Positions 1 through 7,086 are shown, numbered from the stretch's first letter. The stretch: 10,973 nt of DNA from Sandaracinaceae bacterium (GCA_044220955.1 JBGAQA010000154.1:1-10973), one strand, 5' to 3'. Numbers and translations: made by a program. Notes: a model not told the origin generated them from the sequence alone.

Positions 1-1
1 C

Positions 2-1180
2 CTCTGCCGCGACGGGTCGCAGTCGTGCGTGGTCGGCGCGGGCGGCGTCGGCGCGGACTGGGGCACGTGCACCGGCGGTACGCTGCCCGCCGCGGAGCTC
101 TGCGACGGCCTCGACAACGACTGCAACGGCACGCGCGACGAGGGATGCGGCTGCACGCCCGGCACCACGCGGACCTGCTACGGCGGACCGCTCGGCACGC
201 AGGACGTCGGCATCTGCCGCGGCGGCTCGCAGACCTGCGACACGCTGCCCGACGGGACCTCCTCGTGGAGTCCGTGCTCTGGCGCGGTGCTCCCGAGCAC
301 CGAGACGTGCAACGGGCGCGACGACGACTGCAACGGCGTCACCGACCAGGGCTGCTCGTGCAGCGTGGGCGCGACGCAGGCGTGCTACTCGGGGCCGGCC
401 AGCACGCGCGGCGTCGGCATCTGCGCCGACGGCATCCAGACGTGCGCGGACAGCGGCTCGGGCTCCGCCTGGGGCAGCTGCACGGGCAGCACGACCCCCG
501 GAACGGAGGCCTGCAACGGACGCGACGACAACTGCGACGGCGCGACCGACGAGGGCTGCTCGTGCACGCCTCGCACGACGCGCTCCTGCTACACGGGCCC
601 CTCGGGCACGGCGGGGGTGGGCGTCTGCCACAACGGCACGCAGCAGTGCGACGAGGTCGGCGGAGGCTCGAGCTGGGGCGCGTGCAACGGGATGGCCCTG
701 CCCGGCGCCGAGGTCTGCAACGGCGTCGACGACAACTGCAACGGCACGATCGACGAGGGGTGCAACTGCGTCCCCGGCGCCGTCCGCGCCTGCTACGGCG
801 GCCCGGCCGGGACGCGCCTGGTCGGCATCTGCCGCGACGGGTCGCAGACGTGCATCAGCGGATCGGGCGGGATCGGGTCCGACTGGGGCACCTGCACGGG
901 CTGGACGGGCCCGGGCAGCGAGACGTGCAACGGCAGCGACGACAACTGCGACGGTCGCATCGACGAGACGTGCGCGTGCACCGCGGGAATGACGCGCGCC
1001 TGCTACTCGGGCCCGCCGGTGACCCGGATGGTCGGAGTCTGCCGCGATGGGTCGCAGACGTGCAGCATCTCGGGCGGCGTCGCGAGCTGGGGCGCGTGCA
1101 CCGGCGAGCGCACGCCTGGCATGGAGACGTGCAACGGCATGGACGACAACTGCAGCGGCATGACCGACGAGGGCGTGTGC
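2..1180 (+). repeat. Intragenic tandem protein repeats (about 205 nt / 68-70 aa, 8 Cys per unit; 5 complete + 1 partial)
   Basis: The consensus CxxGxxxxCYxGPxxTxxVGxCxxGxQxC...WGxCxG...PxxExCNGxDDxCxGxxDExC can be read directly in the translation. The first complete unit starts at 152. Confidence 0.9.
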
Positions 1181-1951
1181 CTCGTGCCGCCGGTCATCAC
1201 GTGCCCGACGCCGCTCGCGACGCGTCCCTTCGTGCCGGTCACGCTGGTGGGCGCGGCGTCGGATCCCGACGGCGGTCCGATCGCGAGCTGGAGCTGGACG
1301 CTGGTGAGCGCGCCGGCGGGGGCGACCGGCACGTTCTCGGCGCCCGCGTCGCAGACGACGCAGTTCACGCCGAACCTCGTCGGTGTCTACACCATCCGTC
1401 TCACCGTCACCGACGACGACGGACAGACCGCGATGTGCACGACGAGCGTCACCGCGACCGGCGACGGCATCCGCGTCGAGGTGATCTGGACGACCAACGG
1501 CTCCGACGTCGACACGCACCTCTTGCGGATGGCGGGCGGGCAGCCGTGGTTCACCACGCCCAACGACTGCTACTTCTCCAATCGCACGCCGGCGTGGGAC
1601 GTGGCCGGCACGGCCGACGATCCACGCCTCGACATCGACGACGTGGACGGGTTCGGCCCGGAGAACATCAACCTCGACGTGCCGGTGACCGGCGCGACCT
1701 ACCGCGTGGGCATCCACTACTGGTCCGATCACGGCACCGGCCCGACGTCGGTGACGGTCCGCATCTACTGCGGCGACATCTCGACGACGCCCGTGCTGAT
1801 GCAGACGCGCACGCTCACCGGCAGCGCCGCGAGCGTGTACGGCAACGACTTCTGGCGCGTGGCCGACGTGCGCTGGCTCGGCAGCGACATGTGCAGCGTC
1901 ACGACGATCAACACGGTCACGCCCGGGACCAACGCCCAGTCGACCCCCTAG
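2..1951 (+). CDS. 5'-truncated Cys-rich repeat extracellular protein (MopE-related/myxobacterial 'ExCNGxDDxCxG' repeats) + PKD/Ig-like domain + C-terminal YfaP/DUF2135-like domain
   Basis: The frame is open from position 2 (LCRDGSQSCVVGAGG...), so the true start lies left of the window; stop is TAG 1949-1951. Strong GC3 bias. It has 5 full and 1 partial repeats of about 68-70 aa with 8 Cys each, then a PKD-like segment (VTLVGAASDPDG...SWSWTLVSAP...FTPNLVGVYTIRLTVTDDDG), then IRVEVIW..SDVDTHL..LDIDDVDGFGPENI..YRVGIHYW, which is typical of YfaP-like domains. Confidence 0.85.
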   Translation, partial: LCRDGSQSCVVGAGGVGADWGTCTGGTLPAAELCDGLDNDCNGTRDEGCGCTPGTTRTCYGGPLGTQDVGICRGGSQTCDTLPDGTSSWSPCSGAVLPSTETCNGRDDDCNGVTDQGCSCSVGATQACYSGPASTRGVGICADGIQTCADSGSGSAWGSCTGSTTPGTEACNGRDDNCDGATDEGCSCTPRTTRSCYTGPSGTAGVGVCHNGTQQCDEVGGGSSWGACNGMALPGAEVCNGVDDNCNGTIDEGCNCVPGAVRACYGGPAGTRLVGICRDGSQTCISGSGGIGSDWGTCTGWTGPGSETCNGSDDNCDGRIDETCACTAGMTRACYSGPPVTRMVGVCRDGSQTCSISGGVASWGACTGERTPGMETCNGMDDNCSGMTDEGVCLVPPVITCPTPLATRPFVPVTLVGAASDPDGGPIASWSWTLVSAPAGATGTFSAPASQTTQFTPNLVGVYTIRLTVTDDDGQTAMCTTSVTATGDGIRVEVIWTTNGSDVDTHLLRMAGGQPWFTTPNDCYFSNRTPAWDVAGTADDPRLDIDDVDGFGPENINLDVPVTGATYRVGIHYWSDHGTGPTSVTVRIYCGDISTTPVLMQTRTLTGSAASVYGNDFWRVADVRWLGSDMCSVTTINTVTPGTNAQSTP

Positions 1952-1967
1952 CGCGAGCTCACCCGGT

Positions 1968-2105
1968 TCAGGCCACCAGGTACACGGCGGCCCCGAGGTT
2001 CACCGCGAACGCGAGCAGCGCGAACAGCTGGAGCCCCCGGGGCCACGCCGCGTCCTCGTGGTCGCGGGTCGAGTCGTCGGGGTCAGGCTGGGTCTCGTGG
2101 AGCAT
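1968..2105 (-). CDS. 45-aa small single-pass membrane protein (hypothetical)
   Basis: MLHETQPDPDDSTRDHEDAAWPRGLQLFALLAFAVNLGAAVYLVA has an acidic N-terminus and a C-terminal hydrophobic helix, with GC3-rich codons. ATG at 2105 is preferred over 2153 because a sigma54 motif lies at 2120-2135. Confidence 0.6.
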   Translation of the reverse strand: MLHETQPDPDDSTRDHEDAAWPRGLQLFALLAFAVNLGAAVYLVA

Positions 2106-2119
2106 GCGCGCCGCGAGGG

Positions 2120-2135
2120 AGCACCCCTCGTGCCG
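2120..2135 (-). promoter_or_regulatory. Putative sigma54 (-24/-12) promoter
   Basis: The minus strand reads CGGCACG-AGGG-GTGCT versus consensus TGGCACG-N4-TTGC. GG-N10-GC spacing is exact, and 15 nt separate the GC from ATG 2105. Confidence 0.6.
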
Positions 2136-2185
2136 CCGGAAAACACGGGACATTCTCGTCGCGCGCGCACGGACGGCGCTCTCGC

Positions 2186-2200
2186 GCGCAGAATCTGCGC
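2186..2200. promoter_or_regulatory. Perfect 7-1-7 inverted repeat GCGCAGA-A-TCTGCGC; candidate enhancer-binding-protein site (UAS)
   Basis: The palindrome is seen directly. It is centred about 85 nt upstream of the predicted sigma54 start site, a typical bEBP position. Confidence 0.4.
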
Positions 2201-2250
2201 CTCGGAGCGGCGGATGTGCGGACCGGGCGCAGCGAGCCGGCGACGCGTCG

Positions 2251-2763
2251 TCAGGTGCTGGCGTTCTCGACCCGGCGCCCGAGGAACACGAACTCCTTGT
2301 CCCACGCGGCGCGCGCCTCCTTCTCGGCGCTCGACTCGATCAACCCCCCGACGCCGAAGACGTGCCCCTCGATGGTCAGCTCGTCCGTCCGGCGACAGGA
2401 GCGCTCGCCGAGCGCCTCCACCCGGATGGTTCCACGCGTGGTGACGACCTCTCGACGCGGCTTGCCTCCGGGCGGCGGGGGCGGCTGGACCATCCGCCAC
2501 GTCCACACGTGCCGCTCGCGATCGAGCGTGCCGTGGTCCTCGTACACGAAGGCGTCGCCGAGGAGCTTCTCGACCGGACCGGGGAGGTTCAGCTTCGGCG
2601 CCACGCGCAGCTTGCGGGCGGTGTCGCTGGACTCGAGCACGTCGAGCGCGCGGTAGCCCAGCACGTCGAGGTAGAGATCCCGCGCGTAGCTGGGATCCAG
2701 GTACACCTTCCAGAACGTCTCGCGCGCGCACGGGAGCACCACGGAGGCCGTCACCGTCTTCAT
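2251..2763 (-). CDS. DUF2505-family / SRPBCC (START-like) protein, 170 aa
   Basis: MKTVTASVVLPCARETFWKVYLDPSY...RKLRVAPKLNLPGPVEKLLGDAFVYEDHG..RGTIRVEALGERSCRR..IEGHVFGVGGLIE resembles myxobacterial DUF2505 proteins. Start is ATG 2763; the ORF-track extension to 2808 is Arg-rich and unlikely. Confidence 0.75.
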   Translation of the reverse strand: MKTVTASVVLPCARETFWKVYLDPSYARDLYLDVLGYRALDVLESSDTARKLRVAPKLNLPGPVEKLLGDAFVYEDHGTLDRERHVWTWRMVQPPPPPGGKPRREVVTTRGTIRVEALGERSCRRTDELTIEGHVFGVGGLIESSAEKEARAAWDKEFVFLGRRVENAST

Positions 2764-2816
2764 GCCCTGCCCTCTACGGCGCTGGCGCGGGACGGGCAAG
2801 CGCGTCACGGTGCCCG

Positions 2817-3668
2817 ATGATGCCGAGGCGTCGACGCACCGCCCGGGCGATCGCCGTGGTGCTCGTGGTGACGTTCCTCGGCTGGTGGGTCACGCTCACG
2901 CCCTCGAACGACCGCCGCTGGCCGGTCGAGCAGTCGCGCCTCGCAGGGGCGAGCGTCGAGGACGGGCGCGCCCGGATCGAGGGCGTGCGGCACTTCACCT
3001 ACCGGAGCGCCACGGACCTCGACGCGCGCTGGGAGGATCGGACGATCTCGCTCGATCGCGTCCGCGGCCTCGACGTGCTCGTCTCCGACTGGGGCCTGAG
3101 CGACCTCGCCCACACGATCGTGAGCTGGGACGTCGAGGGCGAGCGGCCGCTCGCGATCTCGATCGAGTCGCGCCGCGAGAGCGGCGAGCCGTTCGATCCC
3201 GTCCGAGGCCTCCTGCGCCAGTACGAGCTCTACTACGCGGTCGCCGACGAGCAGGATCTCGTCACGCTGCGCGCGGCGCACCGCCACGAGCGCGTGCGGC
3301 TCTACCGCACGACCACGAGCGCGGAGCTCGCGCGCCGTCTGCTCGTCTCGTACCTCGCGCAGGTCGAGCGCCTGCGCACGCAGCCCGAGTTCTACGACTC
3401 GCTCCGCCACAACTGCAGCACATCCACGCGCGCGCACCTCGCCGAGATCGGTGTCGAGGACACCTGGGACTGGCGCGTGGTGCTCAACGGCCACGTCGAC
3501 GAGCTGCTCTACGCGCGCGGCGTGCTCGACACGTCGATGGACTTCGCGGCGCTGCGAGCGCGGAGCGACGTGACGGAGCGAGCGCAGGCGCTCGAGCACG
3601 AAGCCGACTTCTCCGCGCGTCTCCGCGAGGGCCTGCCGGTCCCGGCCGCCGCTCCTCCCTCACCCTAA
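2817..3668 (+). CDS. DUF4105 (Lnb N-terminal periplasmic domain-like) membrane-anchored protein
   Basis: N-terminal TM helix (AIAVVLVVTFLGWWV). Family motifs are PSNDRRW, AHTIVSW (His 3111-3113), LAISIESRRESGE..GLLRQYELYY and FYDSLRHNCST (Cys 3414-3416). Confidence 0.85.
   Translation: MMPRRRRTARAIAVVLVVTFLGWWVTLTPSNDRRWPVEQSRLAGASVEDGRARIEGVRHFTYRSATDLDARWEDRTISLDRVRGLDVLVSDWGLSDLAHTIVSWDVEGERPLAISIESRRESGEPFDPVRGLLRQYELYYAVADEQDLVTLRAAHRHERVRLYRTTTSAELARRLLVSYLAQVERLRTQPEFYDSLRHNCSTSTRAHLAEIGVEDTWDWRVVLNGHVDELLYARGVLDTSMDFAALRARSDVTERAQALEHEADFSARLREGLPVPAAAPPSP
3657..3668 (+). repeat. BoxC/REP-like left arm CCCTCACCCTAA overlapping the DUF4105 stop codon
   Basis: It matches the first 12 nt of the widespread CCCTCACCC(TAA)CCCTCTCCC...GGGAGAGGG palindromic repeat. 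The match is short, so support is weak. Confidence 0.3.
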
Positions 3669-3734
3669 TTCAGCGAGCCCTCGGCCGTACGTTCCGTGCG
3701 TCAGTCCGACGCAGCCCCGCGCGTCGGGGAGGGC

Positions 3735-4742
3735 GTGACCAGGGCCGCGCACCACGACTCGCTCTTCCGGCGCCTCTTCGCCGACCGCAGCATCGCAGCG
3801 GAGGCCGTGGCGAGCGTGCTGCCACCCGACGTCCGCGCGCTGATCGACCTCTCGGCGCTCGAGCTGCTCTCGTCTGCATACGTCGACCAGGCCCTGCACC
3901 CGCTCTACTCGGACGTCGTGTTCGCCGCCCGGATCGCCGGGCGCGACGCACGCCTCCTGCTCCTGCTCGAGCACCAGTCGCGCCCCGACCGCCTGATGCC
4001 GTTCCGCCTGCTCCAGTACGCGGTGATGCTCTGGGACGCGTACCTGCGCGACCACCCGAGCGCGGGCCGCTTGCCGGTGATCGTCCCCGTCGTGTTCCAC
4101 CAGGGGCCCGGCACGTGGAGCACCTCGCGAGATCTGATCGACCTCGTCGATCTGACGCCGAGCGAAGCCGCGGTGCTGGGCCGCTACGTCCCCCGGATGG
4201 GGTTCGAGCTCGATGACCTCGGGACCACGGGCGACGCCGGGCTGCTCGCACGGGGGATGCGCGCCGAGGCCACGCTCGCGCTCTCGGCGCTGCGTGACGT
4301 GCGCGGCGCGAGCGACGTCCCCGCGCTCGTCGCGCGCTGGGGCGATCTCCTCCGGGACGCGCGCGAGACCGCGTCCGGTACGCGGGCGCTCGCCACCGTT
4401 CTTCGGTACATTCTGGAGGTCCACAGCGGCCTCGACGTCGAGGAGCTGTCGCGACTCGCGGATGGCGTCCTCGCAGGCACGGGAGCTGAAGTCATGACCA
4501 CCGCCAGACAATTCATGGAGATCGGAAAGGCCGAGGGAAAGGCCGAGGGAAAGGCCGAGGGAAAGGCCGAGGGAAAGGCCGAGGGAAGGCGCGCGACGCT
4601 GCGCAACCTCGTCCGGCTCAAGTTCCGCGACGCCGCCACCCCCGACGTGCTCGCGCGGCTCGACGCGGCCGACGACGAGATGCTCGCCCGCGTCGAGGAG
4701 CGCCTGCTCACCGCGGCCTCCGTCGCCGAGCTCTTCGGCTGA
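3735..4742 (+). CDS. rpn: Rpn family recombination-promoting nuclease / YhgA-like putative transposase (PD-(D/E)XK)
   Basis: Motifs are HHDSLFRRLF, IDLSALEL..SAYVD, YSDVVF, LLLEHQSRPDRLMPFRLLQY, LPVIVPVVFHQG..W and C-terminal (GKAE)5. GTG 3735 (purine-rich GGGGAGGG upstream, TACGTT -10-like at 3688-3693) is preferred; GTG 3696 is the alternative. Confidence 0.93.
   Translation: MTRAAHHDSLFRRLFADRSIAAEAVASVLPPDVRALIDLSALELLSSAYVDQALHPLYSDVVFAARIAGRDARLLLLLEHQSRPDRLMPFRLLQYAVMLWDAYLRDHPSAGRLPVIVPVVFHQGPGTWSTSRDLIDLVDLTPSEAAVLGRYVPRMGFELDDLGTTGDAGLLARGMRAEATLALSALRDVRGASDVPALVARWGDLLRDARETASGTRALATVLRYILEVHSGLDVEELSRLADGVLAGTGAEVMTTARQFMEIGKAEGKAEGKAEGKAEGKAEGRRATLRNLVRLKFRDAATPDVLARLDAADDEMLARVEERLLTAASVAELFG
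4494..4742 (+). CDS. Putative internally initiated small protein (RpnS-type antitoxin), 82 aa, in frame with rpn
   Basis: GGAG (4482-4485) lies 8 nt before an in-frame ATG (4494), giving MTTARQFMEIGKAEGKAE.... This matches the position of the known internal starts of Rpn proteins. Confidence 0.65.
   Translation: MTTARQFMEIGKAEGKAEGKAEGKAEGKAEGRRATLRNLVRLKFRDAATPDVLARLDAADDEMLARVEERLLTAASVAELFG
4524..4587 (+). repeat. Perfect 12-bp tandem repeat (GGAAAGGCCGAG)x5 + GGAA, encoding (GKAE)5
   Basis: Counted directly: 4524-4535, 4536-4547, 4548-4559, 4560-4571 and 4572-4583 are identical, including synonymous positions. Confidence 0.97.
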
Positions 4743-4772
4743 CGATCGTGGGTCCACTCCAAGGCCGGAGCG

Positions 4773-4826
4773 TCCTCACTCGGGCCCTCTCCCACGAAGT
4801 GCGAGAGGGAACCGAGCCCGCGGGCT
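4773..4826. repeat. BoxC/REP-like palindromic element between convergent genes (possible terminator or mRNA stabiliser)
   Basis: The sequence is TCCTCACTCGGG-CCCTCTCCCAC-GAA-GTGCGAGAGGG. The stem 4785-4809 has 10/11 pairs, one C-C mismatch and a GAA loop. There is an outer CTCGG/CCGAG stem and a perfect palindrome AGCCCGCGGGCT at 4815-4826. No U-tract. Confidence 0.6.
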
Positions 4827-7086
4827 AGGGCCGGAGCGCGGCCCCGCGCTCCTCGGCGCGCTCCCACATGCGCAGATACGCCTCGGCCGAGCGGAAGAGC
4901 GGCTCGAGCTCGGCGTCGGTCACGCCGTCGCGCCGCGCGTCCTCGATCAGCTCGGGCATCAGGCCGATGTGCAGCATGCCCTCCGTGTCGAAGTCCACGG
5001 TGCGGACGCCGAGGTGCGGCTGCGTGAGCATCACGTCGCCCGCGTACGAGGGGAACGGGTAGTGGATCAGGTGCTGCTGCGGCGTGGCGCCGCAGACGCC
5101 GTGCGGGCCGAAGCGCGGGCCGGGCGCGTGCGCGAAGCCGTTGAGGTCGAAGCCGAAGCCCTCTGCCGGATAGCCACCGTGGGCGCGGATGAGCGCGATC
5201 CGATCGCGCAGGCCGTCCCCCATCGCGCCCGGCCGCGAGGGATCGCTGCAGCGCCCGAGACCCGTGATGGAGATGCCGCGCAGGTCGTAGACCTGGCCGT
5301 TCATCACGTTGCCGTGCGTGGCCGCCGGCGGATAGTCGTTCTCGGTGAGGATCTCGTACGCGCGCTGGATCGAGCGCCGCGGGAGGTGGTCGACCTCGAC
5401 GATCATCCCGCGCAGCATCAGCTCGCGCAGCAGCGTCTCGCCGAGCGCCGTGAGCCCGGCGTTCTGGCAGTAGTCCCCCACCAGCGGCGGGCTCTGCAGC
5501 GCGTCGAGGTAGGGCGCGAGCGTACCGAGCGGGCTGTCTGCGAAGCCGCTCGTGTCGATCGGCGCGGGCGCGAGGTAGTCCGCGCGCGGCATGTTGAGCC
5601 CCCCGAAGATCACGTCGCCGTGATCGAACACCACGGGCACGTCCGGGCAGTCGAGCACGAAGTTCGACCAGTGGCCGCTGTTCACGAAGCTGCCGATCTG
5701 CCCGACGTTGCGATCCCCGTCGCCCGCCGAGAACGCGTTGTCGAACTTGTGGACCGGGAAGATCGCGCGCACGCCGAGCTCGCGGAAGTGGTCGAGCTGC
5801 GCGCGAACGATGTCGGCGTCGCACGCCGGGACGCCCTCGCGCGGCGTGAGGAAGCAGTCGAAGAGGTTCGACGTCTCGATCCCGAGGATCATCGCGAGCC
5901 GCCCGTCCTCGATCACGCTGCGCGCCTCGGCCGGCGTCGTCACGATCCGCAGCCAGCCCCGTCCGGGTCCGCCCGACTGCGCGTCGATGTAGCGCTCGAG
6001 CCGGTAGGCCTCCTCGATCTCGCGCTCGACGGCGACCATGTCGTCGCACGAGTAGCGGGCCGGCTGGGCGCGGATGCCCGTCATCAGGTCGCAGAGCACC
6101 TGGTTGGTGGTCGCGTGCTGGACCATGAGGCGCAAGCCGGCGCGATACGCGCGCTCGAGCCAGCGGTAGTACTCGACCTGGTGGGTCGCGCTGCCCCACG
6201 CGTTCGGCCAGTCCGTGAAGGTCGGGTAGCCGTCGGTGTGGTGGTTGAACTCGGGCGTGCGCGCGTTGACGAACACCGGCAAGAGCACGCTCGGGTCGAG
6301 GTCGGAGAAGCCGGAGAACGCGAACCCGATGAGGTCACGACGCCCGTCCTCACCGTGGAACTGCTCGCAGCTCATCAGCGCGTGCTCGACGCCGAGCCGG
6401 TGATACGGGGACCCGTGGTACATGCCCGCGCCGCCGAAGCCGAAGTTCGAGAACATGTGCACGTGGGCGTCGACCACGCCGAACACGTCGCCGTCGGGCC
6501 ACGAGCGCGGCACGACGTCGCCCTCGGCGTCGAGCGTCATCTCCGGGAACTCGGCGCAGCCGGTCGTCTCGTAGAAAGCCACGACGCCTGCCGACGACGC
6601 GTCGGCCGTGGTGCCCGTGGGTGTGAGGTACTCGCCGGTCTGGTAGTTGCGCAGCTGGAAGCGCAGCGGGTCGGAGGCCGACACCGTGAGCTCCCACTCC
6701 GCCGGCGAACGGAAGTCGTCGTCGAGGAGCATGATGTCCGAGACCAGATCCTCCTGCCGCGCCAGCGCGTGCCCCTCCGCGACGAGGTAGCCGCCCTCCG
6801 GATCGCGGAACAGGTAGGTGCCGAGATCGGACGCGCGCATCGTGAAGGGCACGCCGCCCAGCACGCTGGTCGCGGAGAACGCGTACGTCACGCCGTCCGT
6901 CCCGGCCGCGAGCCAGCGCGTGTTCGAGCTCAGAGGACGCGTCGCGTCGATCGCGTAGCACCCGTTCGCGAACCCATAGATGCCCTGGTTCGGCGGCGGC
7001 GCGGGGCGCTCGACGTGGGGCTCGCCGCACGCCGCGAGCAGGGCGAGCGCGAGCGGAGCGGAGCGGAGCGGCAGCGCGGTTCTCAC
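4825..7086 (-). CDS. Lipoprotein amidohydrolase, membrane-dipeptidase (M19)-like / sphingolipid ceramide N-deacylase-like, 753 aa
   Basis: GTG 7086 gives MRTALPLRSAPLALALLAAC (lipobox Cys20). Metal-ligand motifs are DAHVH, LGIETS, VHKFDNAF, EVDH, ATHG and GFGFDLNG. Family motifs are HQVEYYRWLERAYRAGLRLMV and GMLHIGLMPELIED. The ORF-track extension to 8004 is an antisense shadow of the SDR gene. Confidence 0.85.
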   Translation of the reverse strand: MRTALPLRSAPLALALLAACGEPHVERPAPPPNQGIYGFANGCYAIDATRPLSSNTRWLAAGTDGVTYAFSATSVLGGVPFTMRASDLGTYLFRDPEGGYLVAEGHALARQEDLVSDIMLLDDDFRSPAEWELTVSASDPLRFQLRNYQTGEYLTPTGTTADASSAGVVAFYETTGCAEFPEMTLDAEGDVVPRSWPDGDVFGVVDAHVHMFSNFGFGGAGMYHGSPYHRLGVEHALMSCEQFHGEDGRRDLIGFAFSGFSDLDPSVLLPVFVNARTPEFNHHTDGYPTFTDWPNAWGSATHQVEYYRWLERAYRAGLRLMVQHATTNQVLCDLMTGIRAQPARYSCDDMVAVEREIEEAYRLERYIDAQSGGPGRGWLRIVTTPAEARSVIEDGRLAMILGIETSNLFDCFLTPREGVPACDADIVRAQLDHFRELGVRAIFPVHKFDNAFSAGDGDRNVGQIGSFVNSGHWSNFVLDCPDVPVVFDHGDVIFGGLNMPRADYLAPAPIDTSGFADSPLGTLAPYLDALQSPPLVGDYCQNAGLTALGETLLRELMLRGMIVEVDHLPRRSIQRAYEILTENDYPPAATHGNVMNGQVYDLRGISITGLGRCSDPSRPGAMGDGLRDRIALIRAHGGYPAEGFGFDLNGFAHAPGPRFGPHGVCGATPQQHLIHYPFPSYAGDVMLTQPHLGVRTVDFDTEGMLHIGLMPELIEDARRDGVTDAELEPLFRSAEAYLRMWERAEERGAALRP
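7051..7070. repeat. Pentanucleotide repeat (GAGCG)x4 within the signal-peptide coding region of the amidohydrolase
   Basis: Counted directly. One more GAGCG lies at 7045-7049, offset by one base. Confidence 0.8.

Noticed and set aside
2113..2130. CGAGGG/CCCTCG hairpin as a terminator or riboswitch
   Set aside because: The stem is short and overlaps the sigma54 motif, there is no U-tract, and no aptamer features were recognised.
25..2820. 931-aa plus-strand ORF
   Set aside because: It is an R/G/H-rich off-frame shadow of the Cys-repeat gene that runs across two minus-strand genes, as expected from stop-codon scarcity in high-GC DNA.
4524..4587. Tandem repeat as a CRISPR-like array
   Set aside because: There are no spacers, the unit is 12 bp, it is in-frame coding, and no cas genes are present.
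3674..4819. CGAGCCC direct repeat (3674-3680 and 4813-4819) as a target-site duplication making rpn an IS element
   Set aside because: A 7-bp GC-rich match is plausible by chance, no terminal inverted repeats were found, and Rpn proteins are not demonstrated transposases.
4785..4826. Classical Rho-independent terminator
   Set aside because: A hairpin is present but there is no U-tract on either strand, so it is reported as a REP/BoxC-like element instead.
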